A stretch of DNA of 64,000 bases, taken from NCBI RefSeq assembly GCF_036321535.1, contig NC_087437.1:54500001-54564000 (forward strand), given 5' to 3'. Under the pieces are notes generated by a model that was not told the origin of the DNA, made no database searches, and saw only the letters and a list, made by a program, of their open reading frames with translations. Positions 12,811 to 25,425 of the stretch are shown here, in pieces. Position 1 is the first letter of the stretch. Each line of letters begins with the position of its first letter. A program made the translations under genes and the position numbers. The stretch is from Camelus dromedarius. Taxonomy: Eukaryota.

Positions 12811-14360
12811 AAGTGGCCAGGCATGCTCTCATCTAGGTGCTGGGATGCAGTGATGAAGGAGACGGGCAGAGTCCGTGGCCTCATGTGGCTTGCAGTCTAG
12901 GAGGTGAGACAGGCAACAGACGAGCGTGAGAAGTGCTACGTGGGAGAATACAGCCGCCTTAGGACACAGCGGGTGACAGAGCTGTGTGCTGAGTTTTTAT
13001 ATCCTAGTCCATAAAATTGTGCATGAAAGAGATGTGCTTACCCAGGGAAACCAAACAGCTCTGGATGGAGATTCTTGAGGTTAGAATTTCAGTCGTGGCC
13101 GGTGTGACTCAGCTGTGTTAACGTGGCGAAGTCACCTCCCGTCACTAACGTTGGAGAAAGTAGCCTTGTTCTTCCTACCTCACTGGATGATGAGGGAGGA
13201 GGAAGTGAATCAATCTGATGTGCAACCGTTTTTTAAACCTCAATACAAGGAGCTGTTTTTAACAACTCTGGGTAACTTTTCAAGGGGTCACTTATATATA
13301 TTCACTGCCCTTTGTGTACTTTGAGGAAACATGTTCCCTTTGGTCGTTTTCTTGTTCTGAGAAGGGGCTCAAGGATGAGGACCCCCATGCCAGTCTCAGG
13401 AGAGTGTGGATTGGATTTGTCAGTATCAGGGGACCCTTGGAGGTGTGGAGCAGAGCTGGCCTCTAGGTCGTGTCATTGGAAGTGGGTGAGGATGGCTGGA
13501 GGGGGAGCAGCTGGGGTCAGGGACATGGGTTGGGTAGCTGGAGGAGGCAAGAGTCCAGCTGGGCCTGACTCAAAAGCTGCACACAGCAGGGAAGTCGGGC
13601 AGCAAGTACTTATTGAAGGCCTACTATGTGTTGAGCTGCAGCTGAGGAGGGAGAGGTGTAGGAGACACTGTGAACCACTTCAGCATTTGCTAAGGGTTTG
13701 CCCCGGTTGGAGTGTTCTAGATGCTGAGGAGTCACCTGCCTTTGACCCCCAAGAAGCATCCTATCCAGCAGTTAATACCTGTCCTGTTCCAAAAAGTCTG
13801 TAAGTCAACATTTAGTTTAGAGGTGAGTTATCCACAAACACAGAGGTGATATTTCTATATGTATAGTACCTTGGACTGAAGGGGTACCAGCTCTGAAAGG
13901 GAAACTTTTTTGTTGCTGGACTGGGGGAGAGGTTCAAGGGGTTGGAAGGAAGGGATTGGGAAAATTGAGGTGATGTGAGGCTATTTGGGGGCCTCAAAAC
14001 AGAAGCTGTTTACCGATGGGCAAAGACATATTTACATATTTTAGCAATCTGTTTACTGATGAATATCAGCTTTGCATGTGGTTATTCAACCATCTTTTAG
14101 TGTCATCAGTATGATAATTGATGTGCACACAAAGCACAGAGGAAAGAATGATTGGAAAGGCTTCATGGGGTCAATGATGCTTGAGTTGGGTTTTGTAACA
14201 CGAGTAGGAGTTTGGTTAAAAAAAAAAACTTTCTAGGAAAAAAGGGAGAACATAGACAAGAGCACCAGTGTGTGAAACAGCACAAGACTTGACTGAATGG
14301 TTGAGGGGCTTAAGGGATTTTGTGTTCAGGTGACTGAACACAGCTATGCCACTGAAAAGC

Positions 14361-14457
14361 GGGGTGGGGGATGAGAATAGTGGTAGAGTGCATGCTTAGC
14401 ATGCATGAAGTCCTGGGTTCAATCCTCAGTACTTCGAGGCATTTAAAAAAAAAAATA
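14361..14457 (+). mobile_element. tRNA-Ala-derived SINE (vic-1-like), short diverged copy
   Basis: AGTGGTAGAGTGCATGCTTAGCATGCATGAAGTCCTGGGTTCAATCCTCAGTACTTC followed by poly(A). The A box is damaged. Confidence 0.85.
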
Positions 14458-14573
14458 AGAAAGCAAGCAAGGAAGAAAGGTGCAGCACGTCCATTTTATC
14501 CTTCCCACAACGAAAGGGAAAATATCCAGGGGCAGCAGGGTGTATCAGGCGTTTTTCATTTTTTTATCAGGCT

Positions 14574-15380
14574 CAGTAGTTCTGACTTATCCACAGACCC
14601 CCAGTGGATGCCTGAAACCGTGGATCGCACTGAATCCTATATGTACAATGTTTTTTTTCTATACGTACATACCTATGATAAAGTTTAATCTATAAATTAG
14701 GCACAATAAGAGATTAACAAGAATCACCAACAATAAAACAGAACAATTGTAATAATATGCTGTAATGAAAGTTACATGAATGTGATCTGTCTTCCTCAGA
14801 ATACATTATTGTATAAATGTAATGCCTTTTCCAACTTCGCTAAGTACTTATCACACACTGTAGCCATAACTTCTGCAGTCTTGCAGTTAGCGTGGACTTC
14901 ATTTTCCTTTTTCACAATTTCATGGATGAAAGATTTGTTCTTCTGTAGATCTTAGCAACCTCAGCATACATTTTTGTTTTCCTTATTAAGTGGAGAATTT
15001 TTCACCTTCCCACTTAAAGGAAGCTCTTCACGGCTTCTCTTTGGTGGATCTGAATTGCCAGAGTCACTGCTCCTGGCTTTGGACTGTTATTACGTAAAGG
15101 AAGGATGACTTGAACACAACACAGTGATACCCAGACAGTAGATCTGATAACGGAGGTGGCTACTGAGTGACTAAGAGGCAGGGTACGCTGGGTGAAGGCG
15201 GTGACGTGAATGATTCACTCTGGGGGCGACCGAGCAAGGTGGTGGGAGATTTCATCACGCTACTCAGAATGGCCCACAATTTAAAACCTAGGAATTGTTT
15301 ATTTCTGGACTTTTCCACTCGATATTTTTGGACCACGTTGACCTTGGGTAACTGAAACCCGGATAAGGGGGAGGACTCTG
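14574..15380. mobile_element. MER44-like (Tigger7-derived, TcMar-Tigger) non-autonomous DNA transposon
   Basis: Degenerate TIRs CAGTAGTTCTGACTTATCC and GGATAAGGGGGAGGACTCTG. Internal CCCCCAGTGGATGCCTGAAACC and ACCTATGATAAAGTTTAAT..AGAGATTAACAA are characteristic of MER44. Confidence 0.85.
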
Positions 15381-15399
15381 GTTGCTGCTGGAGGCAGGT

Positions 15400-15585
15400 C
15401 TTAGGCTGTTCGCCGGGTTGTCTCTAATCTCCTGGTAACCCCACGAGGTAGGGTCGTTATCCTTCCCCGCGTCACAGGGTAGGAAGTCCAGACTCGGCGT
15501 GTGACTCGCACAGCATCACAGGATCTGAACTCAGATTGGTCTGACTGCAGAGCCTGAATGTCCCACCCCCTACACTGTGTCGCTT
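15400..15585 (-). mobile_element. MIR SINE, GC-shifted
   Basis: AATCTCCTGGTAACCCCACGAGGTAGGGTCGTTATCC..GGATCTGAACTCAGATTGGTCTGACTGCAGAGCC. Confidence 0.6.
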
Positions 15586-16079
15586 TTGTGTCCCGTGAAC
15601 TCAGAGTGACATCTGTGGGGAATGAGTGTCTTGTAACTTGTAACAAAACTGGGGGCCATGCATCTGCAAAATGGGGACGGGAGTCCCTGCTCAAGCCTTG
15701 GCTGCGCTCAGGGAAGAGGGAGCCTAGGTCAGGGCCTCCCAGTCCCCGCAGCCTGACCCCTGTGGGGGCTGATGCTTCAGTCTGTCTTTCCTGCCGTCTC
15801 TGAGCCTCTGACTTGACTTTCCCTCTCCTGAGACCACCTCCTGAGGGTGACAGAGGGGACATCTGATCCCACGGATGATGCGTATTTCTGGTCTCGTGAC
15901 AGGGCTTTCTCAGCTCAAATCACTAACTTGGTTCCTGGTTAAGATTTTGTCTCCTGTAACTTGACTTGAGGGAGAGAATGTGTTGGTGGTGTGCCCTTCA
16001 TATTTCTCACTATCCATGATTGTGTTCTGGTACCTCTCCCACGACAGTGAAAAGAAGGAAGACAAACAAAACCAGCTGA

Positions 16080-16250
16080 GAGGCAGCGTGGCGTGGAGGA
16101 GACGAGCACCAGCCCAGCGCCAGATTGCCTAGATTCAGTTCCTGGCTCCGCCACTTTGTCTACCCGGGCCTCAGTTTTCTTGTCTGTAAAATGGGAATAA
16201 TGATAATAGTACCCACTTCCTAGGGATGGTTGGGAAGATTAAGTAACTAG
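16080..16250 (+). mobile_element. MIR SINE
   Basis: GGCAGCGTGGCGTGG..CCAGATTGCCTAGATTCAGTTCCTGGCTCCGCCACTT..GCCTCAGTTTTCTTGTCTGTAAAATGGGAATAATGATAATAGTACC. Confidence 0.85.
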
Positions 16251-16926
16251 TGTTTGTTAATTAAAAACAGCAGCAACATTTTATAAACTGTCCCTACCGT
16301 CCACTGCCAGGATGTATAAGAGCATTTTGGTTTTTCTTTAAAACCTGTAGGTGAGGGGACAGATCTGACTTCTGCTGTGTGATTAGCATAGAAAGGTGAT
16401 GCGTTCACATGTGTGGTCTGGTGGAGGCTGGTTGTGAGGGCCAGTTTGCCTGAAGAACTTTGCTGGCTGTGGAAAACATGTGGCTGAGAAATACCAAGTG
16501 GAATGATGATTTGTCTTTTGCTAGTAGAACAGAGTTTGGATGAAATGGCACTTACAGCTAAGTTTATCTGTTTTAAAGTTTTTCCTGGTGTTGTCCTTTC
16601 TGTATCAGTCGTTTTATCTGGCCGGGTCAGTCGGTGGGTAATTCTTAATTTGGCTTTTAAAGAAATCAGAGGACATAAAGGGAAACAACAAAAGATCTGG
16701 ATTCTGGCCAACAGGGTTTAAGGCTGTGCCACTCACGTAATGTGACCCCAAGGGCAACCCCCTCCCTCCCCTCCCTCTCCCCCTCCCCTTCCATCTCAGG
16801 GCCTCCACTTCCTCTTCTGGTTCTTACTGTTTCTTCTCCACTAAAATTAGGTGCTGGATGGTCAGATGAGCTCCTTTGTCTGGGGTCTGTGAGTGGCCTT
16901 CATTATTGGTCAGTCAGCTGCAGAGT

Positions 16927-17423
16927 TTTGTTTGTTTGTTTGTTTGTTTTTTCCACTTTTTTATTGAAGTATAGTCAGTTTATGATGTGTCAGTTTCTGG
17001 TGTACAGCATAGTGTTTCAGTCCTGCATATACATACATATATTCCTTTTCATACTCTTTTTCACTATAGGTTACTACAAGATATTGAATGTAGTTCCCTG
17101 TGCTATACAGTATGAACTTGTTGTTTATCTGTTCTATATATTAGTTAGTATGTACAAATCTTGAATTCACAATTTATCCCTTCCCACCCCCTTTGCCCCC
17201 TGGTAACCATAAGTTTGTTTTCTGTCTGTGAGTGTTTCTGTTTTGTAAATAAGTTCATTTGTGTCTTTTTCTTTTTTTAAGATTCCACATATGAGTGATA
17301 TCATATGGTATTTTCCTCTCTTTCTGGCTTACTTCACTTAGAATGACAATCTCCAGATCCACCTATGTTGCTGCAAATGGTATTATTTTATTCTTTTTTA
17401 TGGCTGAGTAGTATTCCACTGTA
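16927..17423 (-). mobile_element. 5'-truncated LINE-1 3' end (relatively young, artiodactyl-type)
   Basis: (TTTG)n/T tail, then TTTATTGAAGTATAGTCAGTT..GTTCCCTGTGCTATACAG..AGATTCCACATATGAGTGATATCATATGG..TTTTATGGCTGAGTAGTATTCC, i.e. antisense L1 3' UTR plus the end of ORF2. Confidence 0.9.
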
Positions 17424-18460
17424 GAAATGATTTTTAAAAATTTAAATCAGGTTTGTGGGTGGTGATCCTAGTCAGCAAAATGAACAAATTAATTTTTTTT
17501 TCTTTCCATTTGGCATTTGTGCCTTTAAGGAGTCTTCATTTCAGCCTCACACCATTTATCATATCCCCCGATAGTCTATCTTATGCTCAAAAAGAAGAGT
17601 GAAATCAAATAGTTATCACCATTTAGCTCTTGGGAGTTGGGTTGAGTGAAAAAAATTTTAACTGTTAAACTGTAAGTGATGTCAGTCCCACACAGGACAT
17701 TTTCTGTGTCTCATTGTGGAAAAGCCATTGAGCCGTCAACCATACGATCTCCTTGGCTTGCCTATGTCCTGACCCCATACATTTAAGTCTCTACTTAAGG
17801 CTGGTGGTTTTTGAAGGGAGAAAGGAAGAATTGTGATGTTGGAAATTAAAATACTAATGTTAACGTAACCACGCAGAGTTTTTATTTATCTATGTATGTG
17901 TGCAAGTAGACATGATTCAAATTTATATTATAACTTTGTATGATGTGTGTTTATAATACAGGGGAAGTTTTGGGTGTTACCTTGCTTCTCTGTAATACTT
18001 TAGTGTTTTAACCATTTTGAGTTTTCAATGAGTCAATGAGATATGTGGAGTCGGGGATATATTTTTATGACAGGGAAAATGGAGGCACAGAGAGTTAAAG
18101 TGACCTCCTTGAGATCATTGTGAGTGATAGATCTTCTGACCAGTGTTTGATAGTTGTTTTGCTCTAAGAAAATTAGAGAGATTGACAATGTTTGTCATTT
18201 TTAAAGAAAGAGAGGAAGTTTAGAAGGAATGGAAGTTAGGCTGTTTATATTAATATTAAGCCATGACCCGAGACTAGAAATTTAAAGTATAGTTGATAAA
18301 GGCAAAGAAGCATAGAGACTTCACCAGTTTTCTCAGTGAAATGACAACCCATCCATACTTCCATCCATCACCTGTCCGTTCACTTCATCATATTAAAAAA
18401 AAAAACACACTGTGCCAGCTTTCCATGCTGAGTCCTGACCCGTCAAAATTAAATCAGAAT

Positions 18461-18745
18461 GACATGTGGCTGTTGAGCTTTTCAAATATGGTCCAGTTCA
18501 AACTGAGATGTGCTGCAAGTGTCAAATACCAGACGTCAAAAGTTTAGTCTAACAAGGATAAAAATTATCTTATTAATAAATGTTATGATCATTACTTATG
18601 AAATGAATGTAGGTATATTGGGTTGAATAAAATATATTGTTAAAATTAGTTTTTGGTGGTTTCTTTTTGCTTTTTAAAATGGTACCAGCAAGAAAATGAC
18701 AAATTGCCGTTGTGGCTTACATTATGTGTCTCTTGGGCAGCCCTG
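18461..18745. mobile_element. MER33-like hAT-Charlie element
   Basis: ACATGTGGCTGTTGAGC..AACTGAGATGTGCTGCAAGTG..TATATTGGGTTGAATAAAATATATT..TGTGGCTTACATTATG..TTGGGCAGCCCTG. Confidence 0.8.
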
Positions 18746-18899
18746 CTCTCCAAGTTTGTTGTCTCTTAGGGGAGTCAGCTACGTCCCCACATGCCCTTCT
18801 CTGACAACACGCCGTCCCTCTTCTTTGCGTCTGTCTTTACACTTGTCTCTACTTCCTCATCTTCTTTTGGCTTCTTAGACCATTCCAGTCGGATGGGGC

Positions 18900-19945
18900 C
18901 AAATTCATTTCTTGTTAGCCCTGCTCTGATCTGGCCTTGGTGGTATGCTGACACTTAACTGCTTTTTTCCTTCTTTCTTTCCGTCCATTTCTGTCTGTCC
19001 TCAAGGTTCCTTTGATGGCCCTTGTTCCTGCTCACATCCCGTAGCTATGGACCTTTGTTTTCAGCCTTCTTCTATGTCTGGGTGCTCATGACTCCTAGGG
19101 GGTTATATTGGGTTTGGAACTCTAGTGCTTTTTGGACGCTCTGATTGGAAATCTAATGTTATCTTTGTCTCTTAGCATTGTCACCTTGGTGAACGATATC
19201 AACGGCTGTCTACTCGTCACCCAAGCCTGGAAACTGGGACTCATTCTGGATGCTTCCCCCTCACTCCTTCCCCCTTAACCTCACCTTTCTACCTATTCAT
19301 CCTCAGATCTAACTGAGTCAAGCATGGTTACTACTCTTACCCACCCACTACAGGTAACTATACCTAGCTATTGGCTTCACCTTTGCTGCCCCACCTCAGT
19401 TCAGACCGTCAGCATCTCTCTTCTACAGGGTTGCAGTAATTCTCCACTGGCCTTGGTTTTCTATTCTCATGCTCCTCCATTCCATTCTCTTTTCTTCCAG
19501 AGTGATTTTCAAAAATGCAAATCCATTCATGCCAAATCTCTGTTTTGAAAATCCTTCAATGATTTCCTCATTCAGGGTAAAATCCAAAACCCTTTGCATA
19601 TAAGAGAAGACTCTTAGGAATTTGGCCCCTGCCTCTTTGCGTCCTCATCTCTAATCTCCAAGATGGAGCCTGTGCTCCAGGAATAGACATGGGATTCTCT
19701 GTAGCCTGCATGACTTCGCATACTGTTTCCTTGTCAAAACATCGCTCCTCTCCCACCTTACCAAGGTAGCTCCATGTGCCTTTGCTCTGATACCACCTCT
19801 GCTTGGAATGTACCTGTGACCTCTGATAGCCCCGCTTCCCTATTTTTTTGTTATTTATTGCAGTTAGTTGCCTTTCCTTTCATTTCTCTATCCTCAAGTC
19901 CAATGTGGGTATGCGAGAGATATTTGTTGAATAAATAAATGCTAA
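18900..19945 (+). mobile_element. L2 LINE fragment with 3' terminus
   Basis: Pyrimidine-rich L2 motifs (TCACCCAAGCCTGGAAACTGGGA, CAGAGTGATTTTCAAAAATGCAAATC, AGGGTAAAATCCAAAACCCTT), ending in ATATTTGTTGAATAAATAAATG. Confidence 0.75.
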
Positions 19946-20729
19946 ATAAAAAAGGGCAGAGACAAGGCATTGTGGAAGTTGTGATGGGAATTCCAGCCAG
20001 GTAGGGATGGGAGCAAGGAAGCCCCCAGGAGAGGCGGCTTTTGAGCTCTGCCTGCAAGTCTGGTGGCCCTGGGTTAGGAGGATGCAGAGGAGACCCTGGT
20101 GGTCATCATCAGTGTGCCACGTTCTACAGCACACAGGAATGTGGAACGGCCCCCTCCCTGGTCAATACCACCATCACTGGAGTGAAATAAGGAGGGCAAT
20201 CTCAGGGGTCCATCTGGGCCAGTGCCTGTCTTTGGTCCTGGGCGGGGCTGTATAACCCAGCAGAGCCTCCTTCCCCGAGCGCACAGCTGGCGTGGCAGGC
20301 AGGCACGCCGTCCTTGCCCTGGAGGGAAGGAACGCAGGATGGTTGCTTGCATCTTATCTTTACCTCTCCTCTGGAGCTGCATTTCTGGAGAGCAGAGAGG
20401 TGACCTCAGCAGCCAGAGATGGAAAGAGAAAAATGAGTCATCTCAGGCCCTAATGAGGTGCATGAGCGACCCTTCCTGGGAGTGAGGGTCAGGTGAGGTC
20501 GTGCTGTGCCTGGGGTGAGTCTTGCCTCCGGGCTCCAGGCAGCACTGGAGCAGAGCTGAGCTAATTTTACCCACAGGAGCTGACTGTGCTGAAGGGCAGG
20601 GCTTATGACATTGGTCTTATCCTGTGATGCCCAGAGAGCTCCTGAGGTCCAGCCCTGTTCTGTCTGGGCTGTTCTTCCTCCTCCCGTTTAATGCCTTTTT
20701 CCATTAGGTGTGCATATTAGCAAGCAGGA

Positions 20730-21050
20730 TGCCGAGGTGCAGAGAGCTTCAGATTCGGTGGGAGGCCATGGAGCTGGATTTGGATTCTGCCTCCGCCCCT
20801 TGCTTCCCAGCCATCTGACCTTGGGAAAGTCATAGAATCTGTCTCGGTTGCCTCATTTGTAAAACAGGACTGAGACCTGTGCCCTAAGTCAGCTTCTAGG
20901 TTACACACCAGGTGACACTTAGTACGCAATTGTGCACCAGTCACTGTTGTAGCTGCCGGCTTCATAGTGATTCACTTAATCCTCTCAACAAACCTATGGG
21001 AAAGGTACTGTTTTTATCCTTATTTTATAAATAAGGAGACAAGGACAGAA
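20730..21050. mobile_element. MIR fragments (plus then minus orientation)
   Basis: TGACCTTGGGAAAGTCA..CCTCATTTGTAAAA, then TCACTTAATCCTCTCAACAAACCTATGGGAAAGGTACTG..ATTTTATAAATAAGGAGAC. Confidence 0.65.
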
Positions 21051-21472
21051 CAGACATCCCTGGAGGCCTACTCTGTGGGGCTGCACAGAGCAGATGGGCC
21101 AGGTGTGCAGCCGGTATGCCTTTGAGGTACTGAAGTGTTCAGTGGCAGATCTGGAAAACAAAGAGGTCATGCCAGAAATTCTCAGCAAAGAGTCAGTCAT
21201 CATGCTAGAAGCATGCTTTGTTTTATAGGAATTAGAGTTTCTGTTGATCACACACTACTCGGTGTCATTCTGCTTAGTTTATGGCACTGCTCCTCACGTC
21301 CCTTAGGTCCGTTTGGCTCAACACAGCAGAGTGAGAGTGTTTTTCTCCCCTTCACAGAGGCAAGGGAGAAGGTCTTAGGTGCAGACAGGGATAGGTCTTA
21401 CCTGAGCAGATCAGAACTAGACGAATAGATGGTCAATTAACTGATCTATTGATTTTTCTCCCCTTCCTGCCT

Positions 21473-21980
21473 GTCCAGGCTTAAATGGAGGAAAGAAATG
21501 CCACATAATTTCAAACGGAAAGGGATTCATTCAGGGAAAGAGATGCTAACAAAATTGTTGGAAAGGCTGGAGCAGTGGAAGCCAGGAGGCTACATCTGTA
21601 CCAACTGAGTTAAGAATTTATTCCAGGGCCACAATCCAGAGTTAAGGAAGACGGGTTATGAAGCCCTGCCGAGACCTTTGACACTTTTCTCAGGATCCTT
21701 ATACTTGGTGGAGAACGTGAGACTGCCAGACGGAGTGGCATTTTGACTCACGATTCCAAGGTGCTGCTTGCCAGAAGAAAGAGCAGCAGGAGGACTTAGC
21801 TTCCCTTCCAGCTTCTGAGTCTCACACAAGTGCATTTTATTGCTGGAACCTAATTTACTAGCTTCAAGGCAGCGTGGGAAATGGAGTTTTTAGTAGTCTG
21901 CTTCTGTGCTGCAGGAAGGCACTTTAGAGGGTGTAAGGGAACTCCGACTGAGCCAATTGAGAGAATATATCTGCTACCGA
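21473..21980 (-). mobile_element. ERVL solo LTR (LTR33-like)
   Basis: GGAACCTAATTTACTAGCTTCAAGG..GGGAAATGGAGTTTTTAG..GCAGGAAGGCACT..GAGCCAAT..ATATCTGCTAC resembles LTR33 family ends. Confidence 0.6.
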
Positions 21981-22279
21981 TATGCTCATTAAAAAATACC
22001 CAGAGTTATCATCCCCAAATACTTAATATGTACAATTAACTATAATACCGTAATATAATAGGTATACTATTCTACTTAATATTTGTTTATTTATATGCAA
22101 CGTATAACATTAATATACTTACTATTCCGAAAAACAGGCCATTTGCTCAATCTCAGTTTCTGAGATGAGTTCTCCTTCGTTTTGACAGTTCTCCTTCGTT
22201 CGGCTGATTTGTAATTTTCCAGCTCAATTTGCTCTCCTCCTGAGAGTCATGCCCTGGACCGTTGTCTTGTTTACATAAT

Positions 22280-23010
22280 TTGTTCATAAATGTTTATTAA
22301 ACACTTACTATGAGCCTGATGCCAGGCTAGATTTGGCAGTGTGGGCAGAGATAAGTCACGGATTCTCCCAATGGGAGGCTTCCCTGGAAAGGGGATATGT
22401 CAAGTACATGGTGAGAACCCCAAGGAAGGTCACGATCGATGTCCTAGATAGCAGGCTGAGCATGTTCAGGGAAGAGAGGCTGTTCTGGCGGGACTGAGAC
22501 GCAAGGGAGGTTTCATGCCGGTGACATTGTGGGGGTGATTCTCCGTCGGGGTCAGCAACATCACTTTTAAGCGGTATCTGTGAATGTGATGGAGTGTTTT
22601 TTGTTGTCTCGGTGCTGGAGGCCAGACCACCATTGTCATTTAGTGGTCGGGCTAGAGATGCTGGGTATCCTGTACCATCTGAGACACTGAACAAATAACT
22701 GCCTTGCTTCCAAGTTGAGAACTATCAGCATTCCAGTTGAGAACGTTCGGTAGGCCTTGAGAGAGGTATAGGTTATCTGTATTTGACCTTGGCGTGGGGA
22801 AGGGTAGTAGGTCAAGCAAAGGCAACAAGAACTAAGAGTTCAGTCTGAAAAGAATATGTGCTGGTGGCAGCGGGGGTACTTTATAGTGGAAATAGAAGAC
22901 TGAGTCTGAGTTATTGATAAACTTGAGATATTAGGTAAAGTACTTGGACTTATTCCGTGGCCATTGGGAAGCCACTTAAGATGTTGGTACAGAGCCCTTG
23001 AGAGCAGAAA
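22280..23010 (-). mobile_element. L2 fragment interrupted by a MER20-like element
   Basis: Starts with TTCATAAATGTTTATTAAACACTTACTATGAGCC (antisense L2 3' end) and resumes after ~22755 (..GCCATTGGGAAGCCACTTAAG). Confidence 0.6.
22525..22752. mobile_element. MER20-like hAT-Charlie element
   Basis: GGGGGTGATT..TTTTTGTTGTCTC..CATTTAGTGG..GCTAGAGATGCTG..ATCCTGTA..GTTGAGAAC. Confidence 0.6.
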
Positions 23011-25214
23011 CGTAGCCTCATCCTCTTGCTGTGCATTAAGGGGACATCAGTGAAGCTTTCTGATTGAATGAATGCCCCAGACAAATCATTTACAGGAGTT
23101 GGACCAGTTGCTGCCTGAGTTTTGCCAGATCTAGGTACCTGTGGTCCCGGGACAGCCTGGCAGTCAGCATTTGGACTTGAGGAGGCTACCCGGAGAGGGA
23201 TGGCGGCCTGCTGCAGAGATGCTGTCTCTACGTCCAGGAGAGAGTGCTGTGGTCAGGCAGCAGTTGTAGTTGCCTGTGCTAAAGAGAGAAGCTAGTGTCT
23301 CCAGAATCTTGAAGGAAAGAGGGGTTTTTCCATCGCCCTCCCTTGTGGAGCCCACAGGCTGTGAGGCGGGTAGGGCGTGCACTGTGCAGTCTGCATTAAG
23401 ATGCTTGTGCATCTTGAGCTTATTAAAAATTGCCAAACAAACCAGCAGTTTGCTGACAAGGCTCATGCGCTGTGACCATGACCGCAGTGGTCCTTGGGGA
23501 GCGGCTTGCCGGTGTGCGTGGTGATGCTGCTGTCCTAAGTCGTGGTGGCTTTTTGACACTCGGGTCAGTCCCTCTTCCTTCTTTTGGGATGAGCTTGGGC
23601 TTTTGGGAGGGAAAGCTCGGGATGGAATTGACCAAACACATAGGTAAGACATTACCTTGCTAGTTTCTCTCTAAGGTTTCCCTTCTGAAGTCTTTCAAGG
23701 GGAAAGAGAGGGGCGTGCAGATGTGAAGAATGACCTCAGAGCCCTCGTTTTATGGCTCAGAGAAGGAAAGTGAGGTGCCCTGGGCCATTCAGTGAGCTGG
23801 CTGGGAGGCCGGCACCTCTTCTACTAGGGTTTCAGTTGCACTCTGCTCCTGGGGGAGAGTGTGGTGCAGAGCTCTGGAGCCAAAGCCCTGGGCTTGGCTG
23901 TCAGCTCAGCTGCTGACTGTGTTCTGGGCCCTCAGGGTCCTCATTTGTGAAATGGGTGTCATGCTCATATCTCACATTAAGCATTTAAAAAGAGGAGCAT
24001 GTGAAGAGCTTTGTTTACAAAGAAATACAGAAATGTTTCTTCTTATCATGATGTGGGTATTTATGGACCAGTAATTGGTGGGACCATCTTTAGAGAAAGG
24101 ATGGGACAGTGAAAACACTGCTGACCACACTCGGATCGCAGGACACTCCCAAGGGTCCCTCTTCCCCACTGCACAGTAAGGAGATCTTGCACTCAGATTT
24201 GGAGGCATGCCCATGGGGGGAAGTATGGAGTCCACATTTTTGGACTTGGGGGAAACTGGGTGTACACTCTTCCCTGGAGCCAGTGATTCACCCCGCAAAT
24301 GTCATAGGAGATGTGGCTGGAAAGATGGGTTGAGGCTCGTCCTGGAGGCCCTGAGTGCTGGCCTGAGTGCAGTTCACAGCACTGATGAGGGGTTGGCTGG
24401 AAAAGCTGTGAAGTTGGGGGTTAATCTGGCAGCACCCTCAGGATGTTCAGGGAACCTGGGACAAAACTTGGGTGAGAGACAGGGAATCTTGTAGCTGGAG
24501 CAGGGGCCTCAGGACAGGGTAATTCTCAAGTTTTGGGCACATTCTAAGTTATTTTTTTCAGTGGTTCAACTTTTTACTTGCGGTTGTAATACAAATGATA
24601 TTACTTGTACAGGTATAGAGCTGTGAAGCTGTCAAGAGTTTTCACACCCAGTAACTCCTTGGCTCTATATAACATCATGGGGAGGCAGAAGGCGGGATGG
24701 GTCTCATCTCTATTTTACAGACCAGGAAATTGAGGCCCAGAGAGCAGGTGGGATTTCTCCAGCCACTAAACTGGTCGGTGTGGAAGCCAGGTGCTGGGAT
24801 GCCAGATCTGACATGTTCTTTTGTACCCATGACCTAGGTCACTGGTTTTCTCAGACCCACTTTCTCCAACCTGGACTGTCTTGGTTGACATCCTTGGAGG
24901 CCTAAGATGGCCATGAGTTTCAAAGTTTCCAGAGGCAAGATGTAAGATTTTGAAAAATGAGTTACAGGGAATTTGTGTCCACAGTGCTGAGGACACAAAA
25001 TGCATCCTTCCCTCCAGCTCTCTGTTGCCGTCAGATTGTTTATTTAGATTGAAAATGTCCAAGAGAGCAAGGAAGGGAAGAAATGGACCCCTGTCACTGA
25101 CTGAGCATCTTCTTTGCCCTGGACACAGTGCTACCTGCTTTTCCATCTGTGGGCGTAGATACATTTATAGATGAAGTAGTCATAGCCCAGTATTTTTGTT
25201 GCATTCTACTCAGC

Positions 25215-25425
25215 AACTCATGCATATTTAATAATTAGTTAATTCTCATAAAAGCCTTATTAAGTCGATAACAGTATTATTTCCTATTTTATAGATGAGA
25301 AAAATGAGGCTTAGCAATATTTAAATAAATAACTTGTGTGTGTGAGAACACAGGTTCTAAACAGATTATCATCCAGGTTTTCTGATTCGAGACCTCTTTC
25401 TTCCCGGTTACACTATGTATTGCCT
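25215..25425 (-). mobile_element. MIR SINE
   Basis: TTAATTCTCATAAAAGCC..TATTATTTCCTATTTTATAGATGAGAAAAATGAGGCTTAG. Confidence 0.7.

Noticed and set aside
13181..13222. ATGATGA..CTGA with a 3-bp terminal stem
   Set aside because: Too short for a snoRNA and lies in MIR-like sequence.
21450..21610. Strong acceptor followed by a short open frame
   Set aside because: Runs into an LTR33-like solo LTR, ends in a stop codon and has no good donor.
22168..22200. 14-bp direct repeat AGTTCTCCTTCGTT x2 with a 5-bp spacer
   Set aside because: Only two units; a simple local duplication, not a CRISPR-like array.
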